Assembly: GCA_964406895.1 (NCBI GenBank) | Contig: CAYOTK010000001.1 | Span: 90,697 to 154,696, forward strand | Length of the DNA: 64,000 bases | Reading direction: 5' to 3' | From: an uncultured Candidatus Saccharibacteria bacterium | GTDB taxonomy: Bacteria; Patescibacteriota; Minisyncoccia; Phycocordibacterales; PALSA-1337 | In this document: positions 46,567 through 57,914 of the stretch, in pieces | Numbering within the stretch: the stretch's first letter is position 1 | Layout of the letters: each line of letters begins with the position of its first letter | Translations under genes and position numbers: made by a program | Notes under the pieces: model-generated | The model's database searches: none | What the model was told of the DNA's origin: nothing | The model's input: the letters and a program-made list of their open reading frames with translations, nothing else

Positions 46567-49500
46567 TTACAACGCTTTCACTCGCTCTATAATGAATCCT
46601 TTCTCGCCATTTTTGACATTTACTGTGACTTTAAAGGCCAAACACTTGTCTGACTGTATTGAACTATGGAATTCACGATAAACTCTAGGGAAAACAACTG
46701 CTTCTGCGGAGCCTGAAAAATCTGATATTGAAATAAAGGCCATAGTCTCATTATTTTTCGTTTGAACCGTTCTGACTTCATTTATAATTCCTGCAAAGAC
46801 TACAGAATCACCTTCTTTAATTGTTTCCAAAGCCTTTTTTATATTCATGTCTTTTTTCATTATTGACTCTTTGTATTTATCAAGAGGATGACCTGAGACA
46901 TATAAACCAAGCAATTCCTTCTCCCATGAAAGTTTTTCTTCTGCTGTTGCCTTATTTGTTTCGATAAGTCGCAATTTTGGAATACTCGAATGATCTTCCA
47001 TGGCTCCGAAAAGTGAAGTTTGATCTGAATGTTTATTGGCGTTTTCTTTGTTATATTCGAGCAAGAGATCCATGTTTGCGAGCATCACACCTCGATCTTC
47101 ACCGAAGCAATCCATAGCTCCAGATTTGATGAGTGATTCTAGAGATTTCTTATTCAAATTCCTGTCTTTAACCCGATCCAAGAAGTCGGCCAAAGAACGA
47201 TACGGGCCATTCTTTTTCCTTTCTTCAATGATTGCAGTAGAGATGCCTTGGCCGAAATTTTTGATTGTTACGAGTCCGAATCTTATGCGGTATTTATTTT
47301 TTTCGGGACTATTTCCGGAAACATCTGACGTAGAGGAAGTTTTGTCATCTTTAATAACTGTGAACTGACTATAACTTTCATTGACGTCAGGAGGCAAAAT
47401 AGGAATATTCATATGCTTACACTCTGTGATAATTTCGGCAATCATGTCATTGTCGCCGGATTCTGCTGTAAGAACTGCGGACATGTATATTTCAGGAAAA
47501 TTGGCCTTCATATATGCGGTCTGGTAGGCGACTTTACCGTAGCTTGCGGCATGGGCTTTGTTGAAACCGTAACCTTGAAATGGTTCGAAGAGTTTCCAAA
47601 TATCCTCACTTTGTTTCTTTGTTAAGCCACCGTGTTTCTGGCAACCTGCCACGAAAATTTCATGTTGTTTCGCCATTTCTTCAGGTATTTTTTTACCAAC
47701 GGCTTTTCTGAATTTATCAACTTCACCCCATGAATATCCTGCAACGTTAATAGCGGTCATGAGTAGATCGTCCTGATATACAAGTACTCCGAATGTTGGT
47801 TCCAAGAAATCCTTCATCTTAGGATGCAAGTATGCTGCAGGTTTTTTGCCGTGTTTGCGAGCAATATATTCATTTATGTTTTCTATTGGTCCTGGGCGAT
47901 ATAGAGCGACCATAAGATTGATATCGGTAATGGCTGTTGGTTTGAGATCTTTCAAATATTTGGTCATGCCTGAACCGTTGAGTTGGAATAGACCTATTGT
48001 TTCTCCTCTGGCTAGCATTTCAAATGTTTTTTTGTCATCGGTCGGGATATTTTCTATGTCTATATTTATGCCTTCAATTTTCTTTACTCTTTCTACGGCA
48101 TCAAAAAGAATGGCAAGGTTGCGTATGCCAAGAAAGTCGAATTTCAATAATCCAGCATCTTCGATAGCGTGCATGTCGTATTGAGTAATGATTTTGTTTT
48201 CTCCTTTTGTATCAAACTGTAATGGCGAGAAATTGACCAGCGGTTCGGGCGCTATGACTACTCCTGCCGCGTGCACAGAAATGTGTCGTGCACAACCCTC
48301 AATTTTCTTTGCCATGTCTATGATCGTTCTCGTGTCCTCGTCAGATTCGTACAGATTTTTCAATTCTGCCGTGTCTTCAAGAGCTTTGTCGATAGTCATG
48401 GGGAAGCCCTGTGAACCCATTGGTATGAGCTTTGATATTCGATCACCAACCTCATATGGATATCCCATTGCGCGTGCGACGTCACGAACGGCTCCGCGCG
48501 CCATCATGGTACCGAATGTACCGATTTGAGCTACTTTGTCTTCACCATATTTGCGTCTTACGTACGCTATCATTTCATCTCTGCGATTATCGGCGTAGTC
48601 CATATCTATGTCAGGCGCTGACGGTCTTTCTGGATTCAAAAATCTTTCGAAAGGAAGATTGAGTTCTATTGGATTGACGTTTGTAATTCCAGACAAATAT
48701 GTAACCAATGAACCCGCTACGGAACCTCTGATCGTAGTAAGGATATGATTCTCATGAGCAAATCTAAGCAGATCGGATACTACCAAAAAGTATGGTGCAT
48801 AACCTTTGTCGCGAATGACTTTGAGTTCGTATTCAACTCTCTCCATTACTTTGGGTGTTTGTTTAATTTTTCTTTTTTCGAAGCCATTCATGACTAGATA
48901 TCGCAATTCGTCATCATATCCTCGTCCGCTCTCTACTATATATTTCGGGAATACCCATTTGCCTAGATTCAACTCAAGATTGCACATATCTGCGATTTTG
49001 CTTGTGTTTTCTAGTGCTTCTGGCATATGTGAAAAAAGCTCTTTCGCTTTATCAGGAGATATAAAGGAGAAATCATCATCATCGCTGTCACTTATTTTTT
49101 CGCCAGTGTCAGAATGAGAGTTGACGCGAGCCAATGTCTCTCTTGCTATTCTATCTTCTGGATGAATGTAATATACATCGTGAGCAGCCATGATAGGTAT
49201 ATGTTCATCTCGCGCAAATGAAACTAACTTTTGCATATGTGCTTCGTGGCCGTCTATTTCTGGATGTCGGGTTATCTCAATATATAGTCTATCGGCAAAT
49301 ATTTTCTTCAGAAAATTGGCTGATTCGGTGGCTTTATCATTATTTGTGCCTTTTAGTAATTGTGATATTTCTCCCGAAAATGATGGTGATATACATATTA
49401 GACCCTCGTTGAATTTTTCTATAAGTTCGCGATCAATTCTGGGTTTATAATAGAAACCTTCGAGGTTAGAATATGTAACTAACTGCATTAGATTCTTATA

Positions 49501-49809
49501 ACCAATTTCATTCATGGCAAGAAGTATGAGACGGCTGCGTCTATTATCAATGCCTGCTTGCATGTCTTTTCTCGTACGTGAAGCAACATAGAAATCAACG
49601 CCGATTATGGGTTTGATCTCTTTTTTCTTGCAGTACTTGTAAAACTCAATCGCACCGTACATGTTGCCACTATCGGTAAGAGCGAGAGATGTCATGCCGA
49701 GTTTCTTGGCTTCACCTACAAGATCAGGAATTTTCGGTAATGCTCCTAGTAAAGTGTAGTGTGAGTGGGTGTGGAGATGAGTGAATGACATAAATACAGT
49801 ATAAGGCAA
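46567..49809 (-). CDS. dnaE: DNA polymerase III alpha subunit.
   Basis: PHP domain start (FTHLHTHSHYTLLGA), polymerase core, OB-fold C-terminus. 1080 aa. Confidence 0.9.
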   Translation of the reverse strand: MPYTVFMSFTHLHTHSHYTLLGALPKIPDLVGEAKKLGMTSLALTDSGNMYGAIEFYKYCKKKEIKPIIGVDFYVASRTRKDMQAGIDNRRSRLILLAMNEIGYKNLMQLVTYSNLEGFYYKPRIDRELIEKFNEGLICISPSFSGEISQLLKGTNNDKATESANFLKKIFADRLYIEITRHPEIDGHEAHMQKLVSFARDEHIPIMAAHDVYYIHPEDRIARETLARVNSHSDTGEKISDSDDDDFSFISPDKAKELFSHMPEALENTSKIADMCNLELNLGKWVFPKYIVESGRGYDDELRYLVMNGFEKRKIKQTPKVMERVEYELKVIRDKGYAPYFLVVSDLLRFAHENHILTTIRGSVAGSLVTYLSGITNVNPIELNLPFERFLNPERPSAPDIDMDYADNRRDEMIAYVRRKYGEDKVAQIGTFGTMMARGAVRDVARAMGYPYEVGDRISKLIPMGSQGFPMTIDKALEDTAELKNLYESDEDTRTIIDMAKKIEGCARHISVHAAGVVIAPEPLVNFSPLQFDTKGENKIITQYDMHAIEDAGLLKFDFLGIRNLAILFDAVERVKKIEGINIDIENIPTDDKKTFEMLARGETIGLFQLNGSGMTKYLKDLKPTAITDINLMVALYRPGPIENINEYIARKHGKKPAAYLHPKMKDFLEPTFGVLVYQDDLLMTAINVAGYSWGEVDKFRKAVGKKIPEEMAKQHEIFVAGCQKHGGLTKKQSEDIWKLFEPFQGYGFNKAHAASYGKVAYQTAYMKANFPEIYMSAVLTAESGDNDMIAEIITECKHMNIPILPPDVNESYSQFTVIKDDKTSSTSDVSGNSPEKNKYRIRFGLVTIKNFGQGISTAIIEERKKNGPYRSLADFLDRVKDRNLNKKSLESLIKSGAMDCFGEDRGVMLANMDLLLEYNKENANKHSDQTSLFGAMEDHSSIPKLRLIETNKATAEEKLSWEKELLGLYVSGHPLDKYKESIMKKDMNIKKALETIKEGDSVVFAGIINEVRTVQTKNNETMAFISISDFSGSAEAVVFPRVYREFHSSIQSDKCLAFKVTVNVKNGEKGFIIERVKAL

Positions 49810-49871
49810 AAATAAAAGAAATTCTAATATTTGAGCTTGATGTTATGCATATGGTCTGAGATGATGTCTGT

Positions 49872-51723
<1,852 letters not shown>

Positions 51724-52719
51724 TTAGATTTCTTGGGGTTTATAGTCATCTGGTGCTTTCTTGAGCCACCATTCGACCTGCTCATGCTCGAGTAAACCTT
51801 CTTGAGAGCCGATGAACTGAGATACAGACATAGAATTGATAGGTGCACGAATAAGGCTTTCGAGAGGGGTCATGCCCAGCGCTAAATATGTGACAAAAGT
51901 AGAAGCAAATGCGTCACCACAACCAGTCCTTTCTACTGCAGGTCTTGGGTTGGGGTACATCGGCATTTTATAAAAATGATCACCATCAAACATATAAGCG
52001 CCGTTTACGCCATCTGTAATGATTGTGAGTTTTGGACCCTTCGAATGTATACCTTTCAATAGGTATTTGATATCTCGAGAATCGTTAACCAAAATTCTCT
52101 GTGCTTCTTCTAGGTTTGATATGAATACCTCGCTTCTTTCATAGAAAAATTTCATTTTATCCAAACCAAGTTTGATCTGGAATGTTCCAGGTTGGAATGC
52201 TAATTTGATACTTGGGTTTTTCTCTAGATGATTTTGTATTGAAGCATAATATTGCGGAGAATATGCACCTATTGAAGTTAAATATATCCATTTGCTTTGT
52301 GGCAAAGATGGTAATTTATAATCATAATCAACATGATTGACTAGGATAGTCCTGTCATTCTCGTACCATAATACAAAATGATAGTTCGTGGCTTTGTCAT
52401 AATGTTTGGTAACGAATCTAGAGACTACTTTGTTTCGTTGCAATTCATCCAAACATTCCTTGCCATTGTCGTCATTGCCTATATCAGAAACAAGTAAAGA
52501 TTTTAGACCAAGTCTAGAGGCGCTGACTGCTGCATTACTTGCATTGCCAACAGCTCTTATGACTTTTACATATTCGAAAGGGATCTTTTCCTTGAATGGC
52601 ATGCACAATTCACAGTTTTGTTTGTCGAGTCTGCAATGTATAGATGCGTCTTTCAATCTTATGAATGCATCAGTAGTAATATCACCGATTGATACAAGAT
52701 CAATTTTTTTTGTGAACAT
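51724..52719 (-). CDS. PfkB-family carbohydrate/nucleoside kinase.
   Basis: GCGDAFASTFV pfkB signature 2. N-terminal GDITTD. Confidence 0.7.
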   Translation of the reverse strand: MFTKKIDLVSIGDITTDAFIRLKDASIHCRLDKQNCELCMPFKEKIPFEYVKVIRAVGNASNAAVSASRLGLKSLLVSDIGNDDNGKECLDELQRNKVVSRFVTKHYDKATNYHFVLWYENDRTILVNHVDYDYKLPSLPQSKWIYLTSIGAYSPQYYASIQNHLEKNPSIKLAFQPGTFQIKLGLDKMKFFYERSEVFISNLEEAQRILVNDSRDIKYLLKGIHSKGPKLTIITDGVNGAYMFDGDHFYKMPMYPNPRPAVERTGCGDAFASTFVTYLALGMTPLESLIRAPINSMSVSQFIGSQEGLLEHEQVEWWLKKAPDDYKPQEI

Positions 52720-52762
52720 GTGTTTAGTATATCATCTTGTGATTTTGTGGTAAAATATATCC

Positions 52763-53635
52763 ATGTCAAATTTTTCATTGAGATATCATATTGAAAATGC
52801 AAAACAAAAAGGTGTGGCTATTGGGCATTTTAATATTTCAACATTAGATGGTGTGTGGGCGGTTGCTGATGCGGCACAAAATCTAGGTGTGCCAGTTATT
52901 GTCGGAGTTTCCGAGGGTGAAAGAGATTATGTGGGAGTAGAGCAGATCTCGGCTGTTATTGCTTCTATCAGGAAAGCTAGAAATCAAGAAATATTCTTGA
53001 ATGCTGATCATACATATTCATTTGATAAAGTTCAAAAAGCCATTGATGCCGGTTTCGATGCAGTTATATTCGATGGAGCTCAATTATCTTTCGATGAAAA
53101 TATAGCAACGACCAAAAAATGTGTTCAATATGCCAAACAAAGCGGAAGAGATGTCTTGGTCGAAGGTGAGTTGGGTTACATTGGTACATCTTCAAAAATT
53201 CTAGATTCTATACCAGAAGGCGCCGCCGTAAAGGAAGAACAATTAACCAAGATTGACGATGCTCTATCATTTGTTAGTGAAACCGGTATAGATTTGCTAG
53301 CTCCTGCAGTCGGTAATATTCATGGTGTTGTGAAGGGGGGTGATCCAAATCTCAATACTGTAAGAGTCAAAGAAATAAGTTCAACCGTCAAAATACCTCT
53401 TGTTTTACACGGCGCTTCGGGTAACACGGCTTCAGATATTCAGGAATCAATAAGAAACGGTGTAGCGATTGTCCATGTAAATACAGAATTACGTATTGCA
53501 TACAGGAGTGGTTTGGTATCAGCATTGTCTTCTGAGCCGGATGAATTATCACCTTACAAATATCTCAAATCCGCAAAGAACGCCATGCAAAAAGTCGTCG
53601 AAGAAAAAATAAAGATCTTTAATTTCATCAAATAA
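52763..53635 (+). CDS. fba: Fructose-bisphosphate aldolase, class II.
   Basis: HFNISTLDGVWAVADAA, ADHTYSFD, LVLHGASG motifs. Confidence 0.8.
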   Translation: MSNFSLRYHIENAKQKGVAIGHFNISTLDGVWAVADAAQNLGVPVIVGVSEGERDYVGVEQISAVIASIRKARNQEIFLNADHTYSFDKVQKAIDAGFDAVIFDGAQLSFDENIATTKKCVQYAKQSGRDVLVEGELGYIGTSSKILDSIPEGAAVKEEQLTKIDDALSFVSETGIDLLAPAVGNIHGVVKGGDPNLNTVRVKEISSTVKIPLVLHGASGNTASDIQESIRNGVAIVHVNTELRIAYRSGLVSALSSEPDELSPYKYLKSAKNAMQKVVEEKIKIFNFIK

Positions 53636-53636
53636 A

Positions 53637-54611
53637 ATGAGCCAGAAAGTTTTCGTCACTAGGAAAATTCCAGAAAATGGCATCAATATGCTAAAAGAAA
53701 AGGGTTATGAGGTAGACATAAATCCAAACGATAGACCACTGACCAAAGATGAACTTATTACAAATCTTAAGTCCAAGAATTATGATGCTGTTATCACTCT
53801 TCTCAATGACAAAATAGACAAAGATGTTTATGATTCCGCTCCAACAGTAAAAATTTTTGCAAACTATACTATTGGTTTTGATAATTTTGATATCGAAGAA
53901 GGGAAGAAGCGGGGAGTTTATCTCACAAATGTTCCTGGTGGGGGTGCAGATAGAGTGGCAGAGCATACTTGGGCGCTTATTTTGGCATTATCTTGTCGCA
54001 TAGCTGAAGCAGATCGCTTCGTTCGAAGTGGGAAATATAAGGGTTGGGATCCGATGTTGCTTATGGGTACCAGGATCAAAGGCAAGACTATTGGTTTGTT
54101 GGGGGCAGGGCGCATCGGCACGGAGGTTGCGAGAATTGGTGCGCAGGGTTATGGAATGCGGGTGATTTATAATGATGTTTGCCGAAATGAAAAAATTGAG
54201 AGTTTGTTTAATGCTTCATATTATTCATCGGCAAAAGATATCTTGGTTCAATCAGATATCGTTTCTATTCACGTACCTCTTATGCCCACTACTCATCATT
54301 TGATAAATTCAGAGAATATTCATTTCATGAAGAAAACTGCTTTTATTATCAACACATCGAGAGGTCCAGTTATAGATGAGCAGGCTTTGGTAAATGCGCT
54401 GAAAAATAATGTCATAGCCGGAGCTGGTTTGGATGTATATGAAAATGAGCCAAATCTAACACAGGGTCTAGTCGATCTAGAAAATGTCGTTCTTACACCT
54501 CATATCGCATCTTCCACTCTGGAATCAAGAGAAGAAATGTCTCGAGTAGCAGCTCTCAATGTTATCAACACGCTTTGTGGTTGCAAGCCTGACTGTCTAA
54601 TATATAATTAA
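53637..54611 (+). CDS. D-isomer-specific 2-hydroxyacid dehydrogenase (glyoxylate/hydroxypyruvate reductase-like).
   Basis: GLLGAGRIGTEVARI NAD-binding motif. Catalytic ...RGPVIDEQALV...HIASST. Confidence 0.75.
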   Translation: MSQKVFVTRKIPENGINMLKEKGYEVDINPNDRPLTKDELITNLKSKNYDAVITLLNDKIDKDVYDSAPTVKIFANYTIGFDNFDIEEGKKRGVYLTNVPGGGADRVAEHTWALILALSCRIAEADRFVRSGKYKGWDPMLLMGTRIKGKTIGLLGAGRIGTEVARIGAQGYGMRVIYNDVCRNEKIESLFNASYYSSAKDILVQSDIVSIHVPLMPTTHHLINSENIHFMKKTAFIINTSRGPVIDEQALVNALKNNVIAGAGLDVYENEPNLTQGLVDLENVVLTPHIASSTLESREEMSRVAALNVINTLCGCKPDCLIYN

Positions 54612-54619
54612 CATCATAT

Positions 54620-54880
54620 ATGGCATCAGGCGTTGAATTTGATGAAGATACAATTGGAATGACTGGCCCTGCAAGCCAGGCTCAGCAATCCAGAAGTCCA
54701 GCAGATTTCCTAAGATCAAGCCCAGCATATGTAGATCCGAATACAGTTACGGGACTCAAGGGGTGGGTGTTGAGACATGGTTTTGCCAAGAATTCAAAGT
54801 CGGCTGAAATCCTGTTACTGGTAGTCATGGTTTTCAACTTCGTTATAACTTTTTTGGTAATAAGATATTTCGTAAAATAA
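54620..54880 (+). CDS. Small hypothetical protein with a C-terminal TM helix (86 aa).
   Basis: ORF only. Confidence 0.4.
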   Translation: MASGVEFDEDTIGMTGPASQAQQSRSPADFLRSSPAYVDPNTVTGLKGWVLRHGFAKNSKSAEILLLVVMVFNFVITFLVIRYFVK

Positions 54881-54887
54881 AAATAAT

Positions 54888-55787
54888 ATGAATTATAAAA
54901 CAAATAAGTATAGTAAAGCATTCACACTACTAGAATTGCTGGTAGCGGTTTCGGTCATAAGTATGATGTCTTCAGTGGTCTTAGCCGCGGTGCAGAATGC
55001 TCGAGACAAGGGTAGAATATCTGGAGGTATAAGGTTTGCAACAAATGCTTACAGAGCCTTTGGAGACAAGATGGCTGCGTATTTTGATTTTAATGGTAAT
55101 CCGACTTACAAGGATGTTGCAGGTAGCATAGCAATGGCAAGTCCAACAAGCGCACCAGCATTATCAGGACAAACACCAACTAAACAGTCAACATCTTATT
55201 CTTCTTATGCATATAGCTCTATCAATTTTGTAAGAAATACACCCTCAGGAACTTATCAGTATTTGAGAACATACAATTCATCTACGAATCAGGCTATAGT
55301 TTTGTCACCGGCAGGAGCGATATCTGTTTGGATCAGGGCCAATGCGGATGCATCTACAGATAACTTAATTGTGGCGGATGGAGCTGGCACCCCAACTTTT
55401 TCTATGTATATACCAAATTCGTCTTCTGCGTCAAATGCAAATCAAGTTGTTGTCGTAGAAAAAACCACGCTAGCTTCCGGTGTTACTGTTGCTGATGGTA
55501 ATTGGCATAACATAACATGGTCTTCTCCAATCAATGGACCAGAGAAGTTGTATGTTGATGGTAATTTGGTAGACCAGGAAGATATTGTAGGTTCGAGATC
55601 AAGTAAAAACTTTTTCTACCTCGGATATAATGGAAAAATTCCAGAAACTGCAGGAGCTATGGCTTTCCAGGGCGACATGGACGACTTCATGATGTTCCAA
55701 CAAGACCTTGCTGAGAGTGAAGTCAAACAAATTTACGCCATGGGAGCTCCATCTCATCCTGTAGCCAAAGCTAATACAGCTAAATAA
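54888..55787 (+). CDS. Type IV pilin-like protein with a C-terminal LamG/concanavalin-like domain.
   Basis: Class III prepilin signal KAFTLLELLVAVSVIS. C-terminal DGNWHNITWSSP...LYVDGNLV lectin-like block. Confidence 0.7.
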   Translation: MNYKTNKYSKAFTLLELLVAVSVISMMSSVVLAAVQNARDKGRISGGIRFATNAYRAFGDKMAAYFDFNGNPTYKDVAGSIAMASPTSAPALSGQTPTKQSTSYSSYAYSSINFVRNTPSGTYQYLRTYNSSTNQAIVLSPAGAISVWIRANADASTDNLIVADGAGTPTFSMYIPNSSSASNANQVVVVEKTTLASGVTVADGNWHNITWSSPINGPEKLYVDGNLVDQEDIVGSRSSKNFFYLGYNGKIPETAGAMAFQGDMDDFMMFQQDLAESEVKQIYAMGAPSHPVAKANTAK

Positions 55788-55844
55788 TCCCTTATAAATC
55801 ATATTTGCATTTTTTCTATAATCATGTAGAATGCTTTTACTAAT

Positions 55845-56525
55845 ATGCTTACATTAAATTACGAAAAGAGAGATGATAAAAGTTCCCTAGAAGCCCTCCG
55901 CGAATCAGGCTATATTCCTGCTGTATTCTATGGTCCAAAAGTATCCTCTACATCTGTAAAGATTAAAAACATAGACTTTACAAAAGTTTGGAAAAAAGCA
56001 GGTGAATCCTCAGTTATTTCTCTAAAGGGTTCTGATGGAGAAGAACACGAAGCTTTGATTCATGAAATTGATTTTCATCCTGTAACAGACACACCAAGAC
56101 ATGCTGATTTTTATGTCATTGAGAAAGGCAAGAAACTCGAAGTAGCAGTACCTCTTGTTTTCGTGGGTGTTTCTCCTGCAGTCAAAGACAAAGGTGGTAT
56201 TTTGGTCAAAGTACGACGTGATATGAAGGTTGAAGCTGCGCCAAAAGACTTGCCTCACGAGATCAAGGTTGATATTAGTTCCCTAGTCGAAGTAACAGAT
56301 GTTATTACAGCAAAACAACTACCTATTCCTACTGGTGTTGAGATCAAGATCAATCCTGACGACGTCGTTGCTTCTATTGCCGTTGCCAAGGAAGAAGTAG
56401 AAGAAGCACCAACTGCTATAGACATGTCAACAATCGAAGTAGAATCAAAGGGTAAAGAGGACAAAGAAGGCACAGAAGGAGCCGGTGAAGCTAAAGTTGA
56501 AGACAAGAAAGCAGAGAAAAAATAA
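55845..56525 (+). CDS. rplY: 50S ribosomal protein L25 / general stress protein Ctc.
   Basis: LNYEKRDDKSSLEALRESGYIPAVFYG N-terminus and a Ctc-type C-terminal extension. Confidence 0.8.
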   Translation: MLTLNYEKRDDKSSLEALRESGYIPAVFYGPKVSSTSVKIKNIDFTKVWKKAGESSVISLKGSDGEEHEALIHEIDFHPVTDTPRHADFYVIEKGKKLEVAVPLVFVGVSPAVKDKGGILVKVRRDMKVEAAPKDLPHEIKVDISSLVEVTDVITAKQLPIPTGVEIKINPDDVVASIAVAKEEVEEAPTAIDMSTIEVESKGKEDKEGTEGAGEAKVEDKKAEKK

Positions 56526-56569
56526 TTTCTCTACAAGTCTAAATCTAACAAATTTGTTATACTGATAAC

Positions 56570-57913
56570 ATGCCGAGAAGATACATATTGATGTTATCAA
56601 TTATTTTTTTATTGAGTTTGAGCAGTCGTGTGTCTGCTCAAGCCCTAACTATTGAACAGAAATTACAACTCCAGTCAGAGTTGTCGCAAGTGGAAGCTGA
56701 ACAAAAGAAAGCGGAAAAAGAACTTATAGATGCTCAGAATCTGACCTCGTCACTAAAACGAGATATAGCAATATTGGATGCGAAAATCAAAGCTGCAACC
56801 TTGGATATTAAAGCGAAAAATCTACTCATACAGACTTTGGGAAATGATATAAACGATAAGCAAAAACGTATTGCCGATCTCGAGGCACATATTTCTCGTG
56901 GAAAGGAAACTTTGGCACAATTGATAAGGAAAACAGGAGAAATGGATTCATATTCATGGCCAGAAGTTATTCTTGCTCAAGAAAATATTAGCGGTTTCTT
57001 CACAGACGTTGATACATTCCAGTCTGTACAACAAGGTCTCAAAGATACATTCGAGGAATTAAGAGCCATAGAAGCATCTACAACTGCTGAAAAGGAAGCT
57101 TTAGACAAAAGACGAAATGCAGAAATGGACGCGCGATATGCTATTCAACAAGAACAAAAAAGTATACAGGCTGATGAGGCTACCAAACAGCAATTGTTGT
57201 CGATAAGTAAGGGTAATGAAAAAGCCTACGCTTCTCTTATTGAACAAAAGAAAGCAAGAGCTGCTACAATTCGTGCTCAACTCTTCGCGTTGCGAGATGC
57301 TGCTTCTATACCATTTGGTCAAGCCTTGCAATATGCCAATATTGCAGCACAAAAGACAGGAGTGAGACCTGCCTTTCTTTTGGCCATTATGATGCAAGAA
57401 TCATCTTTGGGTAAAAATGTCGGACAATGTTATGTGACGAATACTTCGACAGGAAGTGGTGTGAATGCGAGAACAGGTAATAGTATTAGCAATGTTATGC
57501 ATCCTACTCGCGACGTCCCTGCCTTCTCTGATATCTTGTCACAAATCGGCGGTGAGGTGACCAAGACCGTTGTTTCCTGTCCGTTGTCTATTGGTTGGGG
57601 TGGCGCAATGGGTCCGGCCCAGTTCATTCCATCTACTTGGGTTCTTATGAAGAATAGAGTGGCCTCTGCAGTAGGTATTTCAGGAATGCCTGACCCATGG
57701 AATCCATCACACGCATTCATGGCTTCATCAATGTATTTGGCAGATCTGGGCGCTGGAGCAAGAACATATTCATCGGAGAGAAACGCTGCTTGCAAATACT
57801 ATTCAGGTCGAGCATGTGGTTTGGTAAAAGGAAATACTACTTATGGTAACCAAGTCGTAAGCCAAGCTGATATTATTCAGCGCACAATGATCGATCCATT
57901 ACAGGGTATTTAG
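56570..57913 (+). CDS. Secreted coiled-coil protein with a C-terminal lytic transglycosylase (SLT-like) domain.
   Basis: Signal peptide. Long coiled coil. MQESSLG...GAMGPAQFIPSTW catalytic motif block. Confidence 0.65.
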   Translation: MPRRYILMLSIIFLLSLSSRVSAQALTIEQKLQLQSELSQVEAEQKKAEKELIDAQNLTSSLKRDIAILDAKIKAATLDIKAKNLLIQTLGNDINDKQKRIADLEAHISRGKETLAQLIRKTGEMDSYSWPEVILAQENISGFFTDVDTFQSVQQGLKDTFEELRAIEASTTAEKEALDKRRNAEMDARYAIQQEQKSIQADEATKQQLLSISKGNEKAYASLIEQKKARAATIRAQLFALRDAASIPFGQALQYANIAAQKTGVRPAFLLAIMMQESSLGKNVGQCYVTNTSTGSGVNARTGNSISNVMHPTRDVPAFSDILSQIGGEVTKTVVSCPLSIGWGGAMGPAQFIPSTWVLMKNRVASAVGISGMPDPWNPSHAFMASSMYLADLGAGARTYSSERNAACKYYSGRACGLVKGNTTYGNQVVSQADIIQRTMIDPLQGI

Positions 57914-57914
57914 T